From positions 145,510 to 209,509 of the forward strand of contig CAVRZD010000002.1 in assembly GCA_963725645.1 (NCBI GenBank): a stretch of 64,000 bases of DNA. The letters are read 5' to 3'. This document shows positions 10,142 through 18,849 of the stretch, piece by piece. The translations under genes and the position numbers were made by a program. The stretch comes from an uncultured Actinomycetes bacterium. Lineage in GTDB: Bacteria > Actinomycetota > Thermoleophilia > Solirubrobacterales > Solirubrobacteraceae. The notes under the pieces are model-generated. The model had not been told where the DNA came from. It did not search any database and was given only the letters and a program-made list of their open reading frames with translations. Positions within the stretch are counted from its first letter, which is position 1; each line of letters begins with the position of its first letter.

Positions 10142-10729
10142 GTGGGGTGGCGCTTTCTTCTCGTATGCCTCGTGTTGGCCGCCGCGCCTGCCGGCTGCGG
10201 GGGCTCGTCCTCGTCGGGCGACACCTCGACGCCGACCGAGAGCACCGACCCGCCGGCGGCGGCGCTGCCCGGCTGGAGCCGCCTGGTCAACGGCACCGCG
10301 GGCTTCTCGCTGTCGCTGCCGCCGGGGTGGACCAGCCACGGGGCGGCCGGCGGCAGCACCCTGGTGCGTTCGACCGACCGCGCGCTGGCTGTGGCGGTGT
10401 CGGCCGACCGCAGCGACGACGGCGCGGGCGACCCGCCGACGACCTACCTCGACCGCACGGTCCGCAACCTGGCCGGCTACCGCGGCCTGCGGGCCGGCCG
10501 CGCGGTGGCGCTGCGGGGCCTGCGCTACCCGGCCGCGCAGGTGACGGCAACCGGCACGTTCACGCGCACGCGCGTGCGCCAGGCGATCACGCTGTACGCG
10601 CTCCACCGGCCAGGGCGCGTGACCTACACGCTGGCCGTGTTCCGCAGCGCCGTGACGCCGGCGGCGCGCTACGGCCCCTACCTCCAGATCGTGCTGCGCT
10701 CGTTCCGCGGCCGGCCCGCCCGGGTCTAG
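10142..10729 (+). CDS. hypothetical lipoprotein
   Basis: The GTG start lies 4 nt after the tRNA. Signal peptide plus lipobox MGWRFLLVCLVLAAAPAGC. 195 aa, no recognisable catalytic motif. Confidence 0.6.
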   Translation: MGWRFLLVCLVLAAAPAGCGGSSSSGDTSTPTESTDPPAAALPGWSRLVNGTAGFSLSLPPGWTSHGAAGGSTLVRSTDRALAVAVSADRSDDGAGDPPTTYLDRTVRNLAGYRGLRAGRAVALRGLRYPAAQVTATGTFTRTRVRQAITLYALHRPGRVTYTLAVFRSAVTPAARYGPYLQIVLRSFRGRPARV

Positions 10730-11280
10730 GTCGAGCGGTCGGGCCGGTCGGGGTAGACGTCGTCGATGGTCGTGAGCGCGACGTAGGGCGCCCCGGCCGC
10801 CGCGGCGATCGCGTCGCCGCCGCCCGCCAGGCGGTCCAGCACGCACACCGCGCCACAGATCTCGTGGCCGGCCTCCTGCAGCGCCTCGATCGCGCGCAGC
10901 GTCGAGCCGCCCGTGGTGACCACGTCCTCGACGACGAGGCAGCGGTCGCCGGACTCGAGCGGCGGACCCTCGATCCGGCGCATCAGCCCGTGCTGCTTGG
11001 TCTCCTTGCGCACGAAGAACGCCTTCACCTCCGCGCCCGCCGCGAGCGCGGCACAGGCGACCGGATCCGCCCCCATCGTGAGACCGCCGACGGCGGTCGC
11101 GCCGAGCGCCGCCGCCCGCTCGGCCAGCAGCTCGCCGAGCGCGGCGAAGCCCGCCGGGCGCAGGATGGCCCGCTTCGCGTCGACGTAGTACGACGCCGTG
11201 GCGCCGCTGGAGAGCGTCACCTCGCCGATCACCAGCGCGTGCTCGCGCAGCGCGGCGACGAGCCGTTCGCGCGCGCTCAC
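10726..11280 (-). CDS. pyrE: orotate phosphoribosyltransferase
   Basis: The GTG at 11280 is in frame with the stop at 10726. The PRPP-binding loop is CLVVEDVVTTGGS. The N-terminus is GEVTLSSGATASYYVDAKR. 184 aa. Confidence 0.9.
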   Translation of the reverse strand: MSARERLVAALREHALVIGEVTLSSGATASYYVDAKRAILRPAGFAALGELLAERAAALGATAVGGLTMGADPVACAALAAGAEVKAFFVRKETKQHGLMRRIEGPPLESGDRCLVVEDVVTTGGSTLRAIEALQEAGHEICGAVCVLDRLAGGGDAIAAAAGAPYVALTTIDDVYPDRPDRST

Positions 11281-11343
11281 CGGCGCGCCCGCTCGATCCA
11301 ACGTCCGTCGAGGAGCCGCTGCACGGCGCCGTATCCTAGCCGC

Positions 11344-11700
11344 GTGCTCGAGCGCTTCCTGCGGATCGTCGCGATCCTCCTGAGTGTCGTGATCGTCCTG
11401 GCCTTCGGGCTGTTCGCGATCGACGAGCTCAACGGCGCCTCGGCGCGCAACGAGGCGAAGCTTGCCCAGGACCTCGAGGCCAACCCCCCGCCCGCGGTCG
11501 AGCGCCAGCGCGAGAAGGACCACGGCGCGGTCCGCGAGGCGATCGACGACGCCAACGACGTCGTGGTCTCGCCGTTCGAGGGGATCGTGTCCAGCAACGA
11601 CAGCGTGTGGGCGCAGCGCGGCGTCCCGGCCCTGCTGGCGCTGCTCGTCTTCGGTTTCGGCCTCGGCTTCCTCTCCCGGTTCATGCGCGGCCGGGTCTAG
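11344..11700 (+). CDS. small membrane protein, two TM helices
   Basis: GTG start. The N-terminal helix is FLRIVAILLSVVIVLAFGLFAI and the C-terminal helix is ALLALLVFGFGLGFL. It is divergent from pyrE. Confidence 0.5.
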   Translation: MLERFLRIVAILLSVVIVLAFGLFAIDELNGASARNEAKLAQDLEANPPPAVERQREKDHGAVREAIDDANDVVVSPFEGIVSSNDSVWAQRGVPALLALLVFGFGLGFLSRFMRGRV

Positions 11701-11790
11701 CTGCCCGACCGGCGGAGCCGCTCGTCCCTCGCGCTCGGTTACCGGGCAGAGCGGAGCCGGGAGGGCCCGGAGGGAGGCGAAGCCGACCGT

Positions 11791-13266
11791 TTACCGTTCT
11801 ATGCGCACGATCCGCGGGTTGCCGAGTCCGGCGGCCCCGAAGCCCAGCACCGTGACGTAGGCGTAGCGCGGCGACAGGGCGGTCGTCCACAGGACGCTGC
11901 GCGCCGGGCGCCGGACGCCGCCGGGGCACGTGCCGGACTCGGAGCCCTGCCGCGTGTGGCCGTGCTCGTGGCCCGCATCGCGGCGGGCGATCGGGGCGAG
12001 GCCGACGAGAAAGCGCTCGCGGCGGCGGTCCGGGAAGCCGAGGCGCAGGAGCTGCGAGCAGTACGACTCGCCCACGTACAGCAGGCGCCCGGCGAGCAGC
12101 GACGGGTTGAGGAACTGGCTCGTCAGCGTGCGGCGGATCACGCGGCCGTGGCGGCGGCGCAGGTCGACGGCGGCGATCGCGCTCCCGGCGTGTCCGGTGA
12201 TGCTGTAGACGACGGTGTCGCCGTTGAGCGCCGGGCGCCCGACCTGGCCGCCACGCGGGCCGGCGATGCGCAGGGCCCGCCGGGGCGACGCGAGCCGTCG
12301 GCCGCGCAGCGCGCCGTTCGCCCGGTACACGAGCCAGCGGTCGGAGACCGCGAGCTCGTCGACCCCGCGCACCCGCACCGTCAGCACGGGCGTCAGGCCG
12401 TCGCGGCGCGCGACGGTCACGAGCGATCCCGCGTGCCACGCGATCATCCGGCCGCCGATCGCCGGGTCGCGCCCGGGTAACGCGACCACGTGGCCGCCCC
12501 GCCGGAGCATTCCCGCGCCGCCCGGCGCCTGCCACGCGAGGTCGTTCCCGGCCGCGCTCGGGTCGGTGCCGCGGGCGACCACGACCGACGCGGAGGCGGG
12601 CCCGGCGGCGATCACCGCCGCGCAGGCCGCCAGGGCGACGGCGTCGGCCAGCCGCAGGCCGCGGAGCACCAGCGGGCGCTCGGCCATCAGGGCCACCGCG
12701 CGCACGCCGATCGGCCGGCGCGCCACGGGCGCCAGGGCGACGACGGGCAGCGCTCGCCCGATCCCGAACCCGAGGCCGATCACGAGCCCGAGCGCGGGAT
12801 CGCCGAGCGCGACGCTGACCCCGGCCAGCGCCCACACGGCGAGCGTGAGCACGAAGGTCGTGAAGCCGAGCCCGAGCAGGATCCCGTACAGCCACGCCGC
12901 CAGCGGCAGCGGCAACAGGCGCCGCCACGGCTCGGGCACCTGGCGGCGCACCTGCGGCACGATCCGCACCCCGCGGGCCTCGCCCAGCGCGGCGGCACCG
13001 GCGATCGCGGCCGCGACCACGACGGGAACGGCCGCGCCGGCGCCGCGCAGCGCGGCGCCCACGACGCTCAGCGTCCCGAAGGTCACCGCGCCGCCGAGCA
13101 GGGCGCCCGCGGCGAACGTCGCGCACGCAAGCAGCGTCACGCGGCGCCGACCGCCCCCGCCGCTCGCGAGCGTGTCGACCATCGAGAACCCGCACGGCGA
13201 CCACGCGCCGGTGACCCCGGCCGCGAGCGCGGTTGCGCCGAGCAGCCACGCCACCGGAGTCAGCAC
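11791..13266 (-). CDS. CcdA/DsbD/MauF-like six-TM domain fused to a putative six-bladed beta-propeller
   Basis: The GTG at 13266 overlaps the upstream TGA (GTGCTGA). The N-terminal ~215 aa is polytopic with AWSPCGFS in TM1. The C-terminal ~275 aa carries six ~40-aa repeats with DPSAAGNDLAW / DPAIGGRMIAW / RPALNGDTVVY / NPSLLAGRLLY type cores. Confidence 0.65.
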   Translation of the reverse strand: MLTPVAWLLGATALAAGVTGAWSPCGFSMVDTLASGGGGRRRVTLLACATFAAGALLGGAVTFGTLSVVGAALRGAGAAVPVVVAAAIAGAAALGEARGVRIVPQVRRQVPEPWRRLLPLPLAAWLYGILLGLGFTTFVLTLAVWALAGVSVALGDPALGLVIGLGFGIGRALPVVALAPVARRPIGVRAVALMAERPLVLRGLRLADAVALAACAAVIAAGPASASVVVARGTDPSAAGNDLAWQAPGGAGMLRRGGHVVALPGRDPAIGGRMIAWHAGSLVTVARRDGLTPVLTVRVRGVDELAVSDRWLVYRANGALRGRRLASPRRALRIAGPRGGQVGRPALNGDTVVYSITGHAGSAIAAVDLRRRHGRVIRRTLTSQFLNPSLLAGRLLYVGESYCSQLLRLGFPDRRRERFLVGLAPIARRDAGHEHGHTRQGSESGTCPGGVRRPARSVLWTTALSPRYAYVTVLGFGAAGLGNPRIVRIER

Positions 13267-13835
13267 GGGACGTGCGTGTCGTAGAACATCGTGCAGAAGA
13301 CCTTGCGGCCGGAGTAGCAGTAGCCCGTCAGGGCCGCGTCGCCGTTGATGCGGTTCGAGTGGTAGGAGCAGCAGTCCATGAGCCGGCGCACGTGGCCACC
13401 GCAGCAGCGATACCAGGAGCCGTCGATCCAGGTGCGAAAGTGACGGTCCCGGCCGGCGCGCTTGCAGATCTTCGTGCGCGGCGCGCTGGGCAGTCGGTGC
13501 CCGTCGGGATCGCGCAGCGCGTGGCCGCGCTCGTCGATCGGGTGGCCGTGGCGATCGATGAGGCGGCCGAGGTCGTCGACCGGGCGGCCGTCCCTCGCCC
13601 GCAGGGGGTAGCCGTGGGCGTCGATGCGCGGAAGCCCGGTGGGGTGCGGGCACGAGGCAGTCGTGAACGTGTGGCCGCAGAAGTGGTACGCCTCGGCCTC
13701 GCCCGGCTTGACCGCGGCCGCCACGAGCCCGCCGGCGGCGAGGCCGACGATCGCCTCGCCGGCGCGCGCGAGCAGGCCTCGGCGGGAGGTGCCCTCGACC
13801 ACCGCGCCACCCGGGCGCGGTCCGGATCCGGCCAT
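13260..13835 (-). CDS. possible independent cistron: Tat-exported Cys-rich protein resembling methylamine/aralkylamine dehydrogenase light chain
   Basis: An internal ATG at 13835 is in frame. The twin-arginine leader is MAGSGPRPGGAVVEGTSRRGLLARAGEAIVGLAAGGLVAAAVKPGEAEA. The mature part has 10 Cys, including WYRCCGG and MDCCS. Confidence 0.45.
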   Translation of the reverse strand: MAGSGPRPGGAVVEGTSRRGLLARAGEAIVGLAAGGLVAAAVKPGEAEAYHFCGHTFTTASCPHPTGLPRIDAHGYPLRARDGRPVDDLGRLIDRHGHPIDERGHALRDPDGHRLPSAPRTKICKRAGRDRHFRTWIDGSWYRCCGGHVRRLMDCCSYHSNRINGDAALTGYCYSGRKVFCTMFYDTHVPC

Positions 13836-14705
13836 CGAGACCACGGGCTCGCGCGCCCGCCGCTCGGCCGTGGCGAGCACGCTCTCGAGCTGCTCCGGCG
13901 AGTTGAACGTTCCCTTCGCGAGCACCGTCCCGTCCAGGCCGAGCGCCACCGCGTACGGGCTGCCGGGGACGTCCAACCCGCGCCAGGCCGCGGCATCGCG
14001 GCGCTCGTCGAACCGGTGGACGGCCACGATCGCCTCGCCCGCGAAATGCTCGACCGCGGGCTCGAGCGTGCGGCACACCGGGCAGCCCTCGGACATGAAC
14101 ACCGCCAGTGCGAGCCGGGCGGACGGAGGCGCGTCGCGCGTCGCGAGCAGCGGGGTCTGCGAGCCGACCTCGGGTCCCTCGTCTGGAATTTCGAGCGCGC
14201 CCCGCGGGCCGAGCCGCGTCGGCCGCTCGCCCAGTCTGCGCGCCAGCGGGACGGCCAGGGCGGCGAGCGCGATGGCGCCGACGAGCGCGAGCGCCAGCCA
14301 GCCCGCGGTCGTCGGCTCGACGCCGCGCAGCCCGGGCACCGCCGCACACGCGCCGGCGAGCGCGATGGCACGAACCACCGCGAGCGGGCCGACGCGCGAG
14401 CGCCCGCCGAGGCAGCCGCACGGCTCGCCGCGGCGCCCGCGCGCGAGCGCGGCGCCGAGGGCGAGCGCGAAGCCGGCGAACAGCCCCGCCGCCAGGTAGG
14501 CGGCCGCGGTTGACCCGAGCGCGAGGCCGACCGCGAGCGCCAGCTCGAGCACGACCGTCGCCCCCCAGGCCGCCCGGCGCACGCCGGCGCGGCGGAGCCC
14601 GTACGTCGCCAGCGCGGCCTGGCCGGCGACAGGATCGCGGAGCTTGAGCACGGCCGCGCCCGCGAGCACCGCTGCGAGGATCCAGGCGGCGAGGTCGGCG
14701 ACCAT
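13260..14705 (-). CDS. uninterrupted 481-codon ORF: MauE/DoxX-type membrane domain + thioredoxin-fold CPVC module + Tat signal + Cys-rich amine-dehydrogenase-light-chain-like domain
   Basis: ATG at 14705. LKLRDPVAGQAALATYGL and 4-5 TM helices are MauE-like. VFMSEGCPVCRTLEP is thioredoxin/MauD-like. No stop codon occurs before the Tat-signal module (see next feature). Confidence 0.6.
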   Translation of the reverse strand: MVADLAAWILAAVLAGAAVLKLRDPVAGQAALATYGLRRAGVRRAAWGATVVLELALAVGLALGSTAAAYLAAGLFAGFALALGAALARGRRGEPCGCLGGRSRVGPLAVVRAIALAGACAAVPGLRGVEPTTAGWLALALVGAIALAALAVPLARRLGERPTRLGPRGALEIPDEGPEVGSQTPLLATRDAPPSARLALAVFMSEGCPVCRTLEPAVEHFAGEAIVAVHRFDERRDAAAWRGLDVPGSPYAVALGLDGTVLAKGTFNSPEQLESVLATAERRAREPVVSMAGSGPRPGGAVVEGTSRRGLLARAGEAIVGLAAGGLVAAAVKPGEAEAYHFCGHTFTTASCPHPTGLPRIDAHGYPLRARDGRPVDDLGRLIDRHGHPIDERGHALRDPDGHRLPSAPRTKICKRAGRDRHFRTWIDGSWYRCCGGHVRRLMDCCSYHSNRINGDAALTGYCYSGRKVFCTMFYDTHVPC

Positions 14706-14769
14706 GCGCCCTACGCTAGAGGCCGCCGCGGCGGGTGTTCAAGCGGCAACCCGCACCCCCGATGGCCGC

Positions 14770-15741
14770 CTACGGGTACACGTCGATCCGGGTGCCGTAG
14801 CGGACCCAATTGTAGATCGAGCCGGCGTCCGGGATCGGTGTGCGGATGCAGCCGTGGCTGGCGGCGAAGGTCGGGACGTCGTGGTAGCCGTGCACCGCGT
14901 AGCCCTCGACGAAGTAGTTGGAGTCCAGCATGCCGAGCGAGTTGTAGCCGGGCGTCTTCGAGTACACGTAGTAGGAGCCGAGGATCGTGGGCGTCGACGG
15001 CTTGCCGGAGGACACGTGGTAGACGCGGTAGGGCTGCCCGTTGGGGTTCATCAGCGCGAGCACCTGGCGCGAGAGGTCGGCCTCCATGTGGCGGCCGTGG
15101 CCCGGGTACTTGGCGTGGAAGCTGCCGCGGCCGCGCGCGAGCTGACGGTAGATGCGCGACGCGGCCGGGCCGCCGCGCGCCATCCGGTTGACCTTGCGGT
15201 AGGCGATCACGGCGCGGCCCGTCTGGTTGTCGAAGTGCCCGCTCAGATGCACGGCGTACCCCTCGCCCCGCAGGCGCCGCTGCAGGTAGCGCACGCGCAG
15301 CCCGCCCGAGCCGTAGCCGGCGTAGGGCTGGATCGCGTCGATGCGGGCGCGGGCCGACATCCCCGCCTGCGCCGCGGTGGCGGCGTGCACCGCGCTGACG
15401 CGCACCCGGCCGGGCTGCGGCAGGCGGAACGTCGTGGACGCGCTGCCCGCCCCGCGCCGCGCGCGGCGGATCGGGACCGTGACGCGCTTGAGGACGTGCC
15501 CGTTGCGGCTGAACGTGATCTTCACGGCTTGGCCGGGCACGAACTTCGAGACCGTCGCGACCAGCTTCCAGGTCTGGCGCGACAGCGCAATCGGATGACC
15601 CCCCACGCGGTAGAGGCGCGGCGTCGAGAGCGTCAGCTTGCCGGCCGTCGGGCGGGCGGGCGTTGTGGCGGCCTGGGCGCCTGCCCCGGAAGCGGTGACC
15701 AGCGCGGCGACCGTGCCGAGGAGCGGGGCGATCCGGCGCAC
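14770..15741 (-). CDS. L,D-transpeptidase with peptidoglycan-binding domain
   Basis: It has a signal peptide. The PG_binding_1-like segment is LQRRLRGEGYAV..GHFDNQTGRAVIAYRK. The YkuD catalytic motif is HGYHDVPTFAASHGCIR. Confidence 0.85.
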   Translation of the reverse strand: MRRIAPLLGTVAALVTASGAGAQAATTPARPTAGKLTLSTPRLYRVGGHPIALSRQTWKLVATVSKFVPGQAVKITFSRNGHVLKRVTVPIRRARRGAGSASTTFRLPQPGRVRVSAVHAATAAQAGMSARARIDAIQPYAGYGSGGLRVRYLQRRLRGEGYAVHLSGHFDNQTGRAVIAYRKVNRMARGGPAASRIYRQLARGRGSFHAKYPGHGRHMEADLSRQVLALMNPNGQPYRVYHVSSGKPSTPTILGSYYVYSKTPGYNSLGMLDSNYFVEGYAVHGYHDVPTFAASHGCIRTPIPDAGSIYNWVRYGTRIDVYP

Positions 15742-15799
15742 GCGGAGAATCTTATGACACTCGCAGACGGTCAGGACCGGCTGGCGCGTCCGCGGTCGT

Positions 15800-16672
15800 C
15801 TACGCGAGGCGTGGTCGGCGACGCACCCCGCCGAACGGGAGGACGAGCCCGGAGATCACGGTCAGCGAGGCGACCATGAGCACGGGTATCTGCCAGTCCC
15901 AGTGCTGGGAGACGCCAAACGCGAGGCTGTTGTTGAGCGCGTGCAGCGCGATGCAGGGATACAGCGACCCCGTGCGCCAGTAGAGCAGGCAGAGAACGAA
16001 CCCGAACACCGCGAGCGGCACCAGGAACGGCGCGGGCGCCGAGCCGACGTGGATCGCGCCGAACACCAGGCCGGTGAGGATCGCGGCGGGCCACAGGCCC
16101 TTCCACGAGCGCAGCGCGCCGAAGAAGTAGCCGCGGAAGAACAGCTCCTCGGCGATCGGGGCGATCACGCAGACGAGCACCGCCACCGCCAGCAGGGCGA
16201 CCGTGCTCTCGTCCGCGCCCAGCTCGTCGGGTAGCCGGTCCTTGGACTTGATGTCGAGCGCGGCGACCCACACGGCGCTGAAGGCGATGAAGCTGATCCA
16301 CGCCAGGGTCATCCAGCCCAGGGCCGGCCAGAAGCGCGTGGCGCGCAGGCCGAACTGCCACGGCCGCGGCCGGCGCGTGATGCGGGCGAACAGCAGCGCT
16401 GCGCCGATCAGCGCCGCGTCCTGGAACGCCGTGGCGAGGATCTCGACGCTCGGCGGCGGGTGCTCGAGCGAGGCGCCGCCGGCGGCGGCGACCGCGCCGA
16501 TCAGGATCGCGCCGAAGACGGCGACGACGAAGGCGGCGATCAGGGCGACCGGCGCCGTCCAGGCGGGCCAGCGCGGCTGCGGCGACAGGCCCTCGGGGAG
16601 CTCGGGGAGCTCCGGCGGCGGTCCCGGCGGCGGGAGGGCCACCGGGGGAGGCGGCGGTGGAGGGAGGTTCAT
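15800..16672 (-). CDS. CPBP family intramembrane glutamic endopeptidase (CAAX protease-like)
   Basis: Polytopic. Motifs are EELFFRGY, FGAIH and HALNN. The N-terminus is Pro-rich. Confidence 0.85.
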   Translation of the reverse strand: MNLPPPPPPPVALPPPGPPPELPELPEGLSPQPRWPAWTAPVALIAAFVVAVFGAILIGAVAAAGGASLEHPPPSVEILATAFQDAALIGAALLFARITRRPRPWQFGLRATRFWPALGWMTLAWISFIAFSAVWVAALDIKSKDRLPDELGADESTVALLAVAVLVCVIAPIAEELFFRGYFFGALRSWKGLWPAAILTGLVFGAIHVGSAPAPFLVPLAVFGFVLCLLYWRTGSLYPCIALHALNNSLAFGVSQHWDWQIPVLMVASLTVISGLVLPFGGVRRRPRLA

Positions 16673-16684
16673 GCCGGATCCAAT

Positions 16685-17368
16685 TTACGGGCCGAGGGCC
16701 TCGAGCTCGCGCAGCGAGCGGATCGTCCAGACGGGCTCCGCCAGCGCCGGCGCATCGCCGTCGCGGACCACGAGCACCGGCGCGATCCCGGCCGCGCGCG
16801 CGCCCTCGACGTCCTCCTCGACCCGATCGCCGACGTGCGCCGTCTCCGCGGCGGGCGCGCCGGCCAGCGTGAGGGCGTGGGTGAACGCGGCCGGGGCGGG
16901 CTTCGCGGCGCCGAGCTCCGCGGAGCTGACGATCCCGTCAACGAGCCGGCCGAGTCCGTCTCCCGCGAGCTGATCGTGCAGGGAGACGTCCCAGTTGGAC
17001 ACGACCACCAGCCGCAGGCCGCGCCGCCGCAATTCCGCGAGGGCATCGGGCACCTCGGGGTAGGGACGGAAGCGGAGCGCCGCGATCATCGCTTCCTGGA
17101 GGTCGTCGAGCGACAGCGCGTCCCGCACGCGCTCGGGCAGCGCAGCCCGCATCTCCTCGGCGCAGCGCCGGCGCAGGCGCGCGACGCCGGCGCGGTCGCC
17201 GCCCTCGAGGTGGTGCGCGCGGTAGTGGGTGATCTCGGCCACCAGCGCGGCGCCGGCCTCCGCGTCGTCGACCTCCACGCCGCGCGCGGCGAGCTCGTCG
17301 CGCAGCGCCGGCACCGGCGGCTCCAGCTCCAGCAGCGTGCCGAGGGCGTCGAGCAGCACCGCGCGCAC
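16685..17368 (-). CDS. HAD-superfamily hydrolase
   Basis: Motif I-like is AVLLDALGTL, motif II is VVSNW, and motif IV is VGDRVEEDVEGARAAGI. The start is uncertain: GTG 17368 is preferred because motif I then sits near the N-terminus, and the ORF is open to 17404. Confidence 0.7.
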   Translation of the reverse strand: MRAVLLDALGTLLELEPPVPALRDELAARGVEVDDAEAGAALVAEITHYRAHHLEGGDRAGVARLRRRCAEEMRAALPERVRDALSLDDLQEAMIAALRFRPYPEVPDALAELRRRGLRLVVVSNWDVSLHDQLAGDGLGRLVDGIVSSAELGAAKPAPAAFTHALTLAGAPAAETAHVGDRVEEDVEGARAAGIAPVLVVRDGDAPALAEPVWTIRSLRELEALGP

Positions 17369-17396
17369 GCGGCGTGGAGGTCCGGCGGAGGCCCGG

Positions 17397-18722
17397 CTAC
17401 GCAACCCACTCCCAGGCCGCGAACTGCGCCGAGGCGATCGCCAGCATCGCCGCCGACGCCGCGAGCGCCGGGCGCCGCCAGCCGCGCCGGCGCACGACCA
17501 GCGCGAGCCACAGGTGCAGCGGGAACAGCACCGCCAGGAAGCGGGGGAACGACATCAGCGGCTGCGGCGCGACCGGGTAGGAGAGCGGGAGCGCGAGCGC
17601 GGACACCATGTAGCCGCCGTAGGCGACCGGCAGCCGCCGCAGCGCGCCGACCGTGCCGGCCAGGCCGAGCACGAGGAACGCGAACAGGATCAGGTTCTGG
17701 GCCGCGATCACGAACGGGTCGCCGGCCGCCGCCGCGAAGTACACGGGCTCGCGGGACCCGGACAGCAGCTGGCGGGCGCCGTCGAATGCGGCCGATGCGC
17801 CGTCCCACACGCCCACGAACGGTCCCGCGAACACGCGCATCCACTCCGCCTGGGCGGTGAACGGCGCCGCCGGGTCGCCGCCCATCAGCGCCAGGTAGGC
17901 GGCGAACGCGCCCAACCCCAGCGGAACCAAGCCGATCCACAGGGCGTCGGCGCGCACGGGAAAGCGGGGGCGCCACGTGCGCCCGCGCGGGGCGGTGGGC
18001 GCGGGCCCGCGCGGCCCGTACAGGTACAGCAGGGCGAGCGGCACGACGAGCACGACCCCGGCACTGCGGGAGCTCGCGGCGAGCATGCCGAGCACTCCCG
18101 CCCAGGCCCAGCGATCCACGCGCGCGGCGTAGATCGCACCCACCGAGAGCGCCAGGAAGACGGACTCGCTGTAGACCGCCGAGAAGGAGTAGGCGGCGGG
18201 GAACACCGCGAGCAGCATCACGGCGGTGCGGGCCGCGTCGGCGCCGATCTCCAGCGTGGCGAGCCGGTGCAGGATCGTCAGCCCGACGAGCAGCGCGCCC
18301 AGCGACACGGCGATGCCGGCCACGACCGACGAGCCGGTCAGCGGCGACAGGACCGCGACGAGCAGCGGGTAGAGCGGGAAGAAGGCCGCGCGGCCGGACT
18401 CGCGGTAGCCGTCGTTTGCGATCGCCAGGTACCAGACGGCGTCCCAGCGCGCGGCCGGCGCCACCAGCCAGTCCGCGGCGCCGCCGAAGGGCGCCGTCAC
18501 GGCCCCGGGGTCGAAGTCGCGCCAGCGCCCCGACCGCCCCAGCACCGCGAGGCCGGCCAGGCCGCCCGCCCACACGACGAGTCGGCTCCACCACAGCGCG
18601 CGCCAGGCCGAGGCGAGCGCCGCGCGCCACTCGACCGGCAGCGCGGCGAACGAGCGCGCCGCGGGTGCGGCAGCGGCCGCTGGACCGGGCGGCTCGGTGA
18701 CAGGTGTGCGCGGGCGCTCCAT
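17397..18722 (-). CDS. polytopic membrane glycosyltransferase, PIG-V/mannosyltransferase-like
   Basis: ATG at 18722 (a TTG at 18776 is also possible). It has more than 8 TM helices. The loop motif WDAVWYLAIANDGY is typical of PIG-V-like GT-C enzymes. Confidence 0.6.
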   Translation of the reverse strand: MERPRTPVTEPPGPAAAAAPAARSFAALPVEWRAALASAWRALWWSRLVVWAGGLAGLAVLGRSGRWRDFDPGAVTAPFGGAADWLVAPAARWDAVWYLAIANDGYRESGRAAFFPLYPLLVAVLSPLTGSSVVAGIAVSLGALLVGLTILHRLATLEIGADAARTAVMLLAVFPAAYSFSAVYSESVFLALSVGAIYAARVDRWAWAGVLGMLAASSRSAGVVLVVPLALLYLYGPRGPAPTAPRGRTWRPRFPVRADALWIGLVPLGLGAFAAYLALMGGDPAAPFTAQAEWMRVFAGPFVGVWDGASAAFDGARQLLSGSREPVYFAAAAGDPFVIAAQNLILFAFLVLGLAGTVGALRRLPVAYGGYMVSALALPLSYPVAPQPLMSFPRFLAVLFPLHLWLALVVRRRGWRRPALAASAAMLAIASAQFAAWEWVA

Positions 18723-18849
18723 GTCCCGCCCGATCTTCCCACCCCGGGGCGCCAGCCGAATTGCCGAACCGCGCAACGAGTCCGGCTAGAATCCCAGACT
18801 CTCGCGACCGCGCATCCACCGCGGTCGCACTCGCGTAATTGGACTGCGC

